64,000 nucleotides of DNA, taken from assembly GCA_963662655.2 (NCBI GenBank), contig CAXXTU010000002.1:3360001-3424000 (forward strand). Direction: 5' to 3'. This DNA is from Candidatus Cloacimonadales bacterium. Lineage in GTDB: Bacteria; Cloacimonadota; Cloacimonadia; Cloacimonadales; JAIOQZ01. The number at the start of each line of letters is the position of its first letter. Position 1 is the first letter of the stretch. The notes under the pieces were generated by a model. It ran no database searches and was not told the origin of the DNA. It saw nothing but the letters and a program-made list of their open reading frames with translations. The position numbers and the translations under genes are program-made. Below are positions 39,319-47,530 of this stretch, in pieces.

Positions 39319-39358
39319 GGATTACTCCTTAGCTATGTGGTTTGTACTATGAAATGCA

Positions 39359-40567
39359 CTAGCATTGTTTCCTCGCTGGCTCGAGTTTTTGTGCTTTTTT
39401 GTTGTCGGTGTTACCAATCGGGACAAGTTCCTTGATTTTGAATGAGTTAATACCCCCTGTAAACTCTAAGCTAATCCTGTGTGTGGGTGTGAATTCCTGT
39501 ATATCAATTGCAGCAAGCAATCGGTAGAGTTTGCTATCCATTTGTAAAGGGGGAGCGATATCTTCTACAGCAAAATAGGTGTCAAGGTTGGAGGATTTTC
39601 CTGGAACTCTGACGATGAAACTGGATTCAGACAAGTCGTTTTTAATCGTTAATCCCGTATATAGACTCGTTGCTTTGTAATCACAATCCTCATTGACACA
39701 TTGGCAATCGTAGGTTTCGCCAATTTCGATAGGTGTATAAATCTCATCCTTAAGCTGTGTGAACTGCTCAAGTATATGATTTTGAGCGCTTTTAAGGAGT
39801 GATAGGACTTCCTCCCTGGAAAGCATTTCGTCTTTCTCGATTATATCTTGCCTGATTTTTTCGAATGCAAGGAAAGAGTTTATCGATCGATGAATGACCG
39901 ATCCCAAAATCGTATCGCAATCTGCGCTACCGTCATCGATTCGGTCAAAGCAATGAAGATATTGAACGACATCAATTATTTTGTGCCTGCCATCAGGAGT
40001 CAGTATCAATATTATTTCGGGAGTAATATCTGGTATATCCTTGTTGTATTCATTGGGGAAATCTAATAAGAGTCTATTGCAGTAAGCCGCTGCAACAAAT
40101 CTTATTGCATCGTGAAGTCTATACTGATTTTTATCAGTAAGACCATCGATGTAAACGTTCCTCTGCTCCTCATAATCTCCGTAGTTTCCAACATTGGCCA
40201 GTTTATTTAGCCGGTCAACCACGTACACGATAAGCGCTTGTTGGACAACGGGAAATGATGATGTTTCGATGGAAAATGTGAATCCCGAGCTCAGCAATCG
40301 TTTCCAAATGATACGGAACCAACCAGAGCCAGATGTACGATCAAGATATTCTCCACATCTCATGTGCATGTCGAGGTTCTCGCAAGCTTCAGGAGAATCA
40401 GTGATTGTCTCACCTTCTTCTCGAATCCAGGCTTCAATGGTGGAACAGCTAACTTCACATATTTCTGCGAGTCGTCGTATCGTGTAGCCAAAATCATCGT
40501 GTAGGTCGTGGAGAGTTTCATTAAAATCGACAAGCTCCATGAGTTCCTTGATTTCTTTTTCTTTCAT
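39359..40567 (-). CDS. Hypothetical protein with N-terminal HTH and Cys-rich motif near the C-terminus
   Basis: Start MKEKEIKEL overlaps upstream stop (ATGA); YTIRRLAEICEVSCSTIEAW HTH; CQCVNEDC; AT-rich. Confidence 0.65.
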   Translation of the reverse strand: MKEKEIKELMELVDFNETLHDLHDDFGYTIRRLAEICEVSCSTIEAWIREEGETITDSPEACENLDMHMRCGEYLDRTSGSGWFRIIWKRLLSSGFTFSIETSSFPVVQQALIVYVVDRLNKLANVGNYGDYEEQRNVYIDGLTDKNQYRLHDAIRFVAAAYCNRLLLDFPNEYNKDIPDITPEIILILTPDGRHKIIDVVQYLHCFDRIDDGSADCDTILGSVIHRSINSFLAFEKIRQDIIEKDEMLSREEVLSLLKSAQNHILEQFTQLKDEIYTPIEIGETYDCQCVNEDCDYKATSLYTGLTIKNDLSESSFIVRVPGKSSNLDTYFAVEDIAPPLQMDSKLYRLLAAIDIQEFTPTHRISLEFTGGINSFKIKELVPIGNTDNKKAQKLEPARKQC

Positions 40568-40899
40568 TGGTTTTCCCTTGACCCTGGGATTTCGACTATA
40601 GGATGTCTCATGCGTTCTTCTCTCATGGGAGAAATCTGAATAGGTGGAGTGATGCCTATCTCTTGGAATCTTTCCCAATGAGATTTGAATGGTTCCGATT
40701 CGCAGTATTCTTTGAGCTTCTTTCTTTCGAATGGGGTGAGGGGTGTTTTCTTTAGCACGATCTTGCTGATGGCTTTGCGGACTATTTCTTCTCGCTTTTT
40801 CCAGCGACGAAGCATTTCAACGAGTCTGCCTTCGGTTGCCGCTTTGCGAAAATACGTTGTTCCGTTCTCGTGTTTCACTATCCACGGTATTTCACTCAT
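40564..40899 (-). CDS. Hypothetical protein, paralogue of 40930..41274
   Basis: Shares ENGT.Y and RKAI.KI..K.TPLTP.E.KKL.EY.E. Confidence 0.7.
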   Translation of the reverse strand: MSEIPWIVKHENGTTYFRKAATEGRLVEMLRRWKKREEIVRKAISKIVLKKTPLTPFERKKLKEYCESEPFKSHWERFQEIGITPPIQISPMREERMRHPIVEIPGSRENQ

Positions 40900-40929
40900 G
40901 GTGTGTCTCCTTTGACTATATATCTTCCA

Positions 40930-41274
40930 CTATAGTGGTATGATTCTAATTCCGTGCGTATTCATCCAACGCTCATAATCGAGATAGGTGAAATTCAGGC
41001 TATGCGGAGGTTTTAGCAACATTTCTTCGAACCTTTGGAAAGATAACCTCCGTTGTTCTGCTTCGCGATACTCTATAAGCTTCTTTTGCTCGTATGGTGT
41101 GAGCGGGGTTGTTTTGAATAATATCTTTTCGATAGCCTTGCGGGTAATATCCCTACGATGGATCAACCGGCGACAGGCCTCAATGAAACTGCTTGCGGCT
41201 GGCGATGTATCTTGAATGTCTTTCATAGACAAATAGACAGTTCCGTTCTCGTATACCCAAACGGAATTTATCAT
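40930..41274 (-). CDS. Hypothetical protein, paralogue of 40564..40899
   Basis: Same shared motifs; RBS GAGG. Confidence 0.7.
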   Translation of the reverse strand: MINSVWVYENGTVYLSMKDIQDTSPAASSFIEACRRLIHRRDITRKAIEKILFKTTPLTPYEQKKLIEYREAEQRRLSFQRFEEMLLKPPHSLNFTYLDYERWMNTHGIRIIPL

Positions 41275-41303
41275 GCGTTCCTCTCTTGACTATATGGTTT
41301 CTA

Positions 41304-41591
41304 CTATATATCTTGTTGTAACTGCTGCAATTGTTCCCATTGATACAGTGTTCTGAGAACCGCTTTACTTGGGGTGTTTAATCCCGATTCCTGTTTGTAC
41401 ACTGCGTTTTTTGATATTCCGGCGATGGAACCGAGTTTTGCTTGTGACATCCGGTGTTTTTGTCGCCACAGTTTCAATCCCTTATAGATATCCATGGTGT
41501 TTCCTTTCGAATCTGTGAAAACGATATTGCCGTCGATCTCTTCGATGTTGGCGTCTTTTTTGGGGCGATCTGCTGCGATGCCTTTCCTCAT
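41304..41591 (-). CDS. XRE-family HTH regulator
   Basis: LKLWRQKHRMSQAKLGSIAGISKNAVYKQESG..TPS. Confidence 0.85.
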   Translation of the reverse strand: MRKGIAADRPKKDANIEEIDGNIVFTDSKGNTMDIYKGLKLWRQKHRMSQAKLGSIAGISKNAVYKQESGLNTPSKAVLRTLYQWEQLQQLQQDI

Positions 41592-41624
41592 TGTTGCTCC
41601 TTGAATTGAAGTACGGACGATCGA

Positions 41625-41861
41625 TCATGACACGGCCGGAAGAATGCGATCGTCGTCCAGAACCATGGGATTTACACTATGGGAGTGAGAAAGAACATGG
41701 TCATGATTTGGTGAAATGCTATCTTCTTCCAATGACAGCATGATGTCAGAAATTACCGCTCGGGCGAGCTCTGGTGATGCTGAGACAACGTCAAGCGCTG
41801 AGCCGCGTAATTTCTCGTCTGGAATTTTTCGGATGATCTCGTTGATATTTGCGCGTTTCAT
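41625..41861 (-). CDS. Small hypothetical protein, first gene of accessory operon
   Basis: RBS AAGGAG; downstream of a consensus promoter. Confidence 0.55.
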   Translation of the reverse strand: MKRANINEIIRKIPDEKLRGSALDVVSASPELARAVISDIMLSLEEDSISPNHDHVLSHSHSVNPMVLDDDRILPAVS

Positions 41862-41925
41862 GGGTACTCCTTTGTTGTATTTTGCACGTCAACAACACCC
41901 TGTGAAATCAGCACAATACAAATGG

Positions 41926-41953
41926 ATTATAATATCTCGTCATACCATGTCAA
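41926..41953 (-). promoter_or_regulatory. Consensus sigma70-type promoter
   Basis: TTGACA-16 nt-TATAAT on minus strand. Confidence 0.7.
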
Positions 41954-42002
41954 GCGTTTTATCATCTGAACCATGTTTTTTTCACCATGGGGTTACATGG
42001 TC

Positions 42003-42044
42003 TTATTCTGCTTTTATTCTGCTTTTATTCTGCTTTTATTCTGC
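42003..42044. repeat. Tandem repeat: TTATTCTGC x4 with 11-bp period
   Basis: Read directly from sequence. Confidence 0.9.
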
Positions 42045-42115
42045 ATATATTCAGATTTGCAGAAAAGGAAAAAACGTTGGTTGTGGGGTGTAATATCTGT
42101 TTCGATAGTGGAGAC

Positions 42116-42145
42116 AAAAAGAAGCCGGCCCATCTGGACCGGCTT
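42116..42145 (-). terminator. Intrinsic terminator after the beta-clamp gene
   Basis: AAGCCGG...CCGGCTT stem with U-tract on minus strand. Confidence 0.65.
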
Positions 42146-42174
42146 TGTGCGTGTTGACGTGCTGTTACGGATTG

Positions 42175-43344
42175 CTATAAGTTTCGTAAAGGCATGATGA
42201 GGATTGTTTTATCATTGCCCAAATCTCCCCGCTGAATAAGGCAGCCGTGTTGATTGTTGCCCGACGAGCGTAAAACCAATGATTCATCACTAAAGGTGTT
42301 CAGCATTTCCTTGAGGAACGAACCATTGAAAGCGATTTGCAGGATGTTCCCCGGCTGATTGTGATTTGACTCGATTTCAATTTCGGTGGTGAATCCGTCT
42401 TTTTCGCTTCCAGCGCTGAAAACCGTTTTATGCTCGTGGATTTCCAGCCGGATTTTCTTTGCTTCCGTGCTCTTGAATGACGGTTCCATCTTCTTGACAG
42501 CATCCAGAAAGGTCTTGCGGTCAAAGACGGATTCGAAAGGCGTATCGGGAAAACACTTCTCGTAATCGGGGAACCGCCCTTGAATGATTGTCGAACGGAA
42601 CTGAAAGTCATAGGTTCCGACTTGATCAAGGATGACAGCGGTTACACGTGGCTTTTCGGCGCTTTTCGAAGTTACAAGGTTCAGGGTGATATCTTGCCAG
42701 CCTTTCAGCTTTGCAAACTGGTCGATGATTCCACCGTGCAGGATGAAATTCACGGTATCCGCGGGAACGTGTTCGGGCAATCCGGCGTCCATCTGGATTT
42801 CGAGAATCTTTTTGCCGTCCGTTGCACAAAATGCGATTCGATTCTCACCTTTCACCTTGACATTGATACCGGTGAAAATCGGTCGATTGCTTTCTTTCGA
42901 GAGAAACGGTTTCATCTTTTGGAGCATATCGAGGAACGCTGGAGCCGGGAACGTAAGGCAACCAAATATCCTTTCATCACTATGGAGCATTGAAACGTCT
43001 GGAAACCGTTCGGCGTCTTGTGTTGGTAGGGCGTACTTAACGCCGTCGGTGACGATGCTGAGATTTTCGCCTTGACTTTCGATCCAGATATCATCTGCTT
43101 TGATAAGCTTGACGATTTTTGAAAGGTCTTCGAGCTTCACGCAATAGGTTCCGGGGTTTTCGCAGACAGCCGGAACCTTTGCTTTTGTGGTCTGATCAAG
43201 GTTCGAGGATTCGAGTATCAAGCATTCATCGTTCGATCGGATCCGAATCGATTTCAAGATGAGCGGGTTGTTCTTTGCTTGCTTGACTTGGGTAAGGTTG
43301 ACGATTGCTTTCTTCAGGTCGGCGGTTTCAATCATTGCTTTCAT
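42175..43344 (-). CDS. dnaN: Prophage-encoded DNA polymerase III beta sliding clamp homologue
   Basis: 389 aa; RPIFTGI, ATDG, GRFPDY, IAFNGSFL.E.L, C-terminal LIMPLR signature. Confidence 0.85.
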   Translation of the reverse strand: MKAMIETADLKKAIVNLTQVKQAKNNPLILKSIRIRSNDECLILESSNLDQTTKAKVPAVCENPGTYCVKLEDLSKIVKLIKADDIWIESQGENLSIVTDGVKYALPTQDAERFPDVSMLHSDERIFGCLTFPAPAFLDMLQKMKPFLSKESNRPIFTGINVKVKGENRIAFCATDGKKILEIQMDAGLPEHVPADTVNFILHGGIIDQFAKLKGWQDITLNLVTSKSAEKPRVTAVILDQVGTYDFQFRSTIIQGRFPDYEKCFPDTPFESVFDRKTFLDAVKKMEPSFKSTEAKKIRLEIHEHKTVFSAGSEKDGFTTEIEIESNHNQPGNILQIAFNGSFLKEMLNTFSDESLVLRSSGNNQHGCLIQRGDLGNDKTILIMPLRNL

Positions 43345-43365
43345 GATGAATTCTCCTTTGGTGTT

Positions 43366-43524
43366 TTATTGGTTGGTTGGTTGAATTTCTTTTACGTGGA
43401 TCGTATCGTCATCCTTCGAGTATTCACACAAGTCGCCGATTGTAGCGTTTGTGTTAGGATATCCTACAGCAGTAAGTTTTTCGCTGTCTGTCATAAACTC
43501 AGACCAGTTATTCATTGTTTTCAT
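43366..43524 (-). CDS. Small acidic hypothetical protein
   Basis: RBS GGAG before MKTMNNW; between ardC and dnaN. Confidence 0.45.
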   Translation of the reverse strand: MKTMNNWSEFMTDSEKLTAVGYPNTNATIGDLCEYSKDDDTIHVKEIQPTNQ

Positions 43525-43543
43525 GGTTTGTTCTCCTATTGGT

Positions 43544-44398
43544 TTATGCACACGATTTCAGGATGATTGCAGTTCTTTTCATGATGAAGTTAACTGCTGC
43601 ATCTGCATCTTTCGCAGCGCGGATAATTTGTGACGGGTCTTTTTCCAGGAAGGTGTTCCAGTGATCAATATAAGATGCTGATTGTCCTTCTGTGGCGGGG
43701 TTTGCAATTCCAGCGATTGAGCATAAAATCGCAGCGCCGATTTCCGCAACCAGTTCTTCATAAGCTCTTGACTTCGTGGTTCGGTCAATGTGATAGTTGC
43801 GGAGTGATTCACGGTCAAGGCGTGACTTGTGTCCGGTGCTGTGGATCATTTCATGAAAGATGGTTGAATAATGTGCAGCGTCTGATTCTCGAAAGCTTTC
43901 GTGTGGTGTTCTAATCCTGTCAGTCATTTGAGAATAAGCCGCGGTCGGTGTGTTGTGGGTTTCGATCGTAACCGGTGACATTTCAACGATTCTTTGCGCC
44001 TCTTCGAATCCATTCAGTACTTCAACAGGTTCGATCTGGTCAAAGGATATCGTGGTCTGTGATACGTTGAACACATGGTAATAACGCCAGACCAGATATT
44101 CTTGCAATTCGCCGTCCTCGTTTTCCTTATCGATTTCCTTACAGAAGAAAATCGCCGCCGCCTTTTCTCCGGTCTTGATGTTTCCGTCCATGGCTTTGAC
44201 TTGCTTGAATGTTAGAAAGCCAGGATGAGAAAATCCAAGCCATAAAAGGAAGGGAACGTTGCTACCTGAGTAATGACGACCAGATTCAAGGTTGTAAGGC
44301 ATCGGAACAGCGTAAGGCTTGCGCCATGGGTTAACGCCATTTTGGATTTGATCAAGGATTCTTTGCGTGACTTTTTCGGAAACTTTTGAACTTGCCAT
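43544..44398 (-). CDS. ardC: ArdC-like antirestriction protein (ssDNA-binding + zincin-like domain)
   Basis: PWRKP, Y.G.N, FLTFKQ, VFNVSQ, HEMIHSTGH..RL.R, YEELVAEIGAA. Confidence 0.88.
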   Translation of the reverse strand: MASSKVSEKVTQRILDQIQNGVNPWRKPYAVPMPYNLESGRHYSGSNVPFLLWLGFSHPGFLTFKQVKAMDGNIKTGEKAAAIFFCKEIDKENEDGELQEYLVWRYYHVFNVSQTTISFDQIEPVEVLNGFEEAQRIVEMSPVTIETHNTPTAAYSQMTDRIRTPHESFRESDAAHYSTIFHEMIHSTGHKSRLDRESLRNYHIDRTTKSRAYEELVAEIGAAILCSIAGIANPATEGQSASYIDHWNTFLEKDPSQIIRAAKDADAAVNFIMKRTAIILKSCA

Positions 44399-44436
44399 TG
44401 TTATAACTCCTTGTTGTTTTTAGTATTTACGTTCTT

Positions 44437-44464
44437 ATTGTATTCTTTAGTAATACCATGTCAA
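44437..44464 (-). promoter_or_regulatory. Sigma70-type promoter of ardC-dnaN operon
   Basis: TTGACA-16 nt-TACAAT; shares CTTGACATGGTAT with the promoter at 41926-41953. Confidence 0.7.
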
Positions 44465-44841
44465 GGCTTTTCTTTGTGATCCGGCACTTTTTTATTAGAC
44501 AAAACCTACCTTCTGTTACCTACAGCATCAGATAACAACCCGCTGATATGGGGGGTGAGAGTGTCCTTGTGAATTTCGATAGGGGAACGAACTCAAGACT
44601 CAAGGGAAAGAGTGTTCCGAGAAGACGGTAAAGCCGGAACAGAAAGGCGAGAATGACCGCGAATTTCATGAGTGTATAGCTATATGACTAAGCGGAGTTC
44701 CGTAAAATAGAGGAACCGGAACAAGCCATATTGGGAGAATAAGGCAGGGGGGGGGGGCTTCGAAAACTCAGGAATTGCTTTCCTGAAATGTCCCCACTCG
44801 GATTCGCTCTGCCAACTTTTTGCAGGTTTGGGATATTTTCC

Positions 44842-44870
44842 TTGACGTGGTGACAATTGTCGTACAGAAT
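44842..44870 (+). promoter_or_regulatory. Promoter with palindromic operator for RHH-recombinase operon
   Basis: TTGACG-17 nt-CAGAAT enclosing palindrome GACAATTGTC. Confidence 0.5.
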
Positions 44871-44897
44871 TGATTTGAAATGTATTGGAGGTACGTA

Positions 44898-45062
44898 ATG
44901 CAGAGAACAGAGAGGATTCAGGTACGGGTATCCCCGATTGAGCGGGAGATGTTCAACAAGGTTCCGGGGGAAAGGGATTCGGACAAGTTCCGGTACCTGC
45001 TTTACAATTGGGACAAGAACCACAAGGAGGCTCGTAATGGGAAAGAAAGAAATCGTCGATGA
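44898..45062 (+). CDS. Small ribbon-helix-helix-like DNA-binding protein
   Basis: RBS GGAGG; MQRTERIQVRVSPIERE beta-strand/helix pattern. Confidence 0.55.
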   Translation: MQRTERIQVRVSPIEREMFNKVPGERDSDKFRYLLYNWDKNHKEARNGKERNRR

Positions 45063-45747
45063 GATTGCGGCAATCTTCAAGAAGAATCATCTGAGCTACG
45101 ATCAGGCGACGAGTTATTCATCGCTGGCACGAAAACAGGCGGAAATCGAGAGACCGACACGAAAAAGGGCAAAAGCGGAAACGCCCACGCTCATTGTGAC
45201 AGGACGCTTTCTGCAGGAGATATCCAAGAAGGGTATGAAGCAACGACTCATGATGCGGATGCTTCTCTTCATGGCTTTTCGTTCGGACGAGTTTCTCGAT
45301 ATCAGGATTGACGATGTCGATCTCACGCCTGGACGGGAAAAGATATATGTGAGGAAACGCAAGAAAGGCCAGAGCGAATACTTTGCAATCCCATCCTTAC
45401 TGGTGGAACCGATCAGCTTCTACATCGAGACCGTAATCGGCAAGCAGGTTTACCTGTTCGAATCAGGCCCATGCAAGCGATATACAACGCGGGGATTGCG
45501 TCAGATGATGCAGCGTTGTAGAGATCAAGCCGGATTGCCCAAGACGCTTCATCCTCACTCGTTCCGGCACGTCACGCTGACGTTTCTCGCCGGTGAAGGA
45601 ATGAACACGTTCAAACTGAAGAACGTATCGGGACATCTTGACGAATCGTCATTGATACACTATACGCATACGAACCCTGAACACGTCCGGAGTGATCTCG
45701 ACCGAATGTTGCCCAAGCTGGATCAGATATTGAGAACTGTTGCATAA
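45037..45747 (+). CDS. Short tyrosine recombinase (resolvase-like)
   Basis: RBS AAGGAGG; FRSDE, K, HPHSFRH, GH......HY catalytic residues. Confidence 0.85.
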   Translation: MGKKEIVDEIAAIFKKNHLSYDQATSYSSLARKQAEIERPTRKRAKAETPTLIVTGRFLQEISKKGMKQRLMMRMLLFMAFRSDEFLDIRIDDVDLTPGREKIYVRKRKKGQSEYFAIPSLLVEPISFYIETVIGKQVYLFESGPCKRYTTRGLRQMMQRCRDQAGLPKTLHPHSFRHVTLTFLAGEGMNTFKLKNVSGHLDESSLIHYTHTNPEHVRSDLDRMLPKLDQILRTVA

Positions 45748-45799
45748 TACTTGACAATGATAATCCGGAACTTGAAGCTTCGTCAAAAGAGGAGGTTTC

Positions 45800-46348
45800 A
45801 TGATCAGGACAATAACCTTTTTGTTGTTGATGGGGATTTTTATGACGCTTTGCGCCAAGACAGACGAGTATCGTACGACCGATTACAACAGCCGATTGAT
45901 GAACAATCCCAACGCCACGAGCGATTCGGACATGCTGTGCCGGATCCCGAAAGGCACCAAGCTGAAGATCATCGAAAGCAAGGACGTTGTCCAGGGGATG
46001 ATGAAAAACCGCTGGTATAAGGTGAAGTACAATGGGAAAACCGGTTGGGTTTCGGGCTGGAACATGAGCGAACCGGAAGAACTCCATGTTATGACCGTTG
46101 AAGAACGAAAAGTGGAAGTGGAAAAATTGCTGGATTGGGACAAGGTGTATTTCGATATTAAAGAAGACATACGAAAGCGATGGGCAGGCGAGACGGTTAA
46201 ATTCGTCCAGGTGAAATCCGCTTACCAGGTAAATACATATTGGATTGTCTATGCGACCTACAGGACAGCCGGAAGATATATCGAAGAAAAATACTGGATC
46301 AAGGAAGACGGAACGATTCACAAGTATGAGTATCGAGAAAATTACTAA
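45800..46348 (+). CDS. Secreted SH3b-domain protein
   Basis: Signal peptide; IPKGTKL...WYKVKYNGKTGWVSG. Confidence 0.75.
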   Translation: MIRTITFLLLMGIFMTLCAKTDEYRTTDYNSRLMNNPNATSDSDMLCRIPKGTKLKIIESKDVVQGMMKNRWYKVKYNGKTGWVSGWNMSEPEELHVMTVEERKVEVEKLLDWDKVYFDIKEDIRKRWAGETVKFVQVKSAYQVNTYWIVYATYRTAGRYIEEKYWIKEDGTIHKYEYRENY

Positions 46349-46377
46349 TTGAACAGCTTGCTTCAAACAATAGACAG

Positions 46378-46405
46378 ACGCCTCCTCACGGGGGCGTTTT
46401 CTTTT
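46378..46405 (+). terminator. Intrinsic terminator
   Basis: ACGCCTCC-tcac-GGGGGCGT followed by T-rich run. Confidence 0.6.
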
Positions 46406-46648
46406 GGTTACACCTATAAAAAAAGAAGCTCGCATGTTCGCGCGCGTACGATGTGCATATAAACGCGAAGATGGTGTCACAAGTGTCACCACATAATATA
46501 AAAGACATACTTATTATATTATATATCAATACATTATATTAATTCTTCCTTGGTGACACTTTGGTGACAGTTGTGACAGTTGCGGGTGGTGTCCCGTCCT
46601 AAAATAGTTGACCAGCTTTTTCGTGTTTGATTTCATTTCGATTGCTTC

Positions 46649-47530
46649 CTACGCTGCGTTCAATATCTCGTTCGGTGTGCGGTAGCCCTGCGTGATGATG
46701 AGCCGTTCTTCGTTGTAGATCCGAACTGCTTCCTCTACGTACTTCAGCGCGTCGTCGAAGTCCCTGAATCTCCGTTCCAGCCCCAACTCGTGCTTCAGAA
46801 TCCCGTTGATGCGCTCCGCCTTGGCGTTGTCGTAGCACTTGCCCGGACCGGTCATGCTGGTGCGATAGCAGTAGCGTCGCAGCGCGTTCTGGAAGCAGGC
46901 GCTGGTGAATTGCGTACCATGATCGGAGTGGTGGATGCAGCCTTTGATATCCACGGCTCCGGCATTGCGCAACGACCTCATCGCCCGTTTCAGAGAGAGC
47001 GCTGGACCATGCGTGCGCAGGTCGGGCTGCAGCGAATATCCCAGGATCGCGTCCGAGTACTGATCCGAGGTCAGCGAAAGGTAGGCGAATCCGCGTTGCA
47101 AGCGGATGTAGGTGATGTCGCTCGCGATGATCTGGCCGACGCGGCGAGCGATGATGTCCTTCACCAGGTTCGGGTGTCGACTGCGGCTGCCCAGGCTCGT
47201 GCGGAGGTATGAGCGGTACGCCGTCGACAGCAGCCCGTAGTCGCGCAGGATGCCGAACAGCCGGTCGCGACCAACCTCGAGCCCGCGCGCCTTCAGCATG
47301 TATTGCAGCTTCCGCGCCCCGACGCGTGGCTGTTTCACGCGAATCTCGCGCACGGCGGATACGATCTCCTCCACCTCCGCCTGGAGCCGATGGAGCCGCT
47401 TCCTGTGCTGGTAGTAGCTCTGCTTGCTGCGACCGAACAAGCCGCAAATCACCTGCATGTTCGCGGCTACTTCTCTTTCTTTCGCGACAGCTCGACATTC
47501 GGTGACAACAGCGAACCAGTCTTTTTTTTT
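46649..47530 (-). CDS. IS3 transposase OrfB (DDE domain), reached by -1 frameshift
   Basis: SDITYI, HHSDHGTQF, DNAKAERINGILKHE, YNEER; A9G slippery run at 47521-47530. Confidence 0.9.
   Translation of the reverse strand, partial: KKKDWFAVVTECRAVAKEREVAANMQVICGLFGRSKQSYYQHRKRLHRLQAEVEEIVSAVREIRVKQPRVGARKLQYMLKARGLEVGRDRLFGILRDYGLLSTAYRSYLRTSLGSRSRHPNLVKDIIARRVGQIIASDITYIRLQRGFAYLSLTSDQYSDAILGYSLQPDLRTHGPALSLKRAMRSLRNAGAVDIKGCIHHSDHGTQFTSACFQNALRRYCYRTSMTGPGKCYDNAKAERINGILKHELGLERRFRDFDDALKYVEEAVRIYNEERLIITQGYRTPNEILNAA

Larger units (their letters stand above)
38908..41308 (-). repeat. Five degenerate 24-bp direct repeats bracketing four accessory genes
   Basis: Plus-strand copies: 38908 tgcgaccacggggttttgactatg; 39328 cttagctatgtggtttgtactatg; 40577 cttgaccctgggatttcgactata; 40911 tttgactatatatcttccactata; 41285 cttgactatatggtttctactata. 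Confidence 0.75.

Noticed and set aside
38908..41308. 24-bp repeats as a CRISPR array or integron attC sites
   Set aside because: Spacing is gene-sized and irregular, the repeats are degenerate, no cas genes are present, and there is no RYYYAAC...GTTRRRY hairpin
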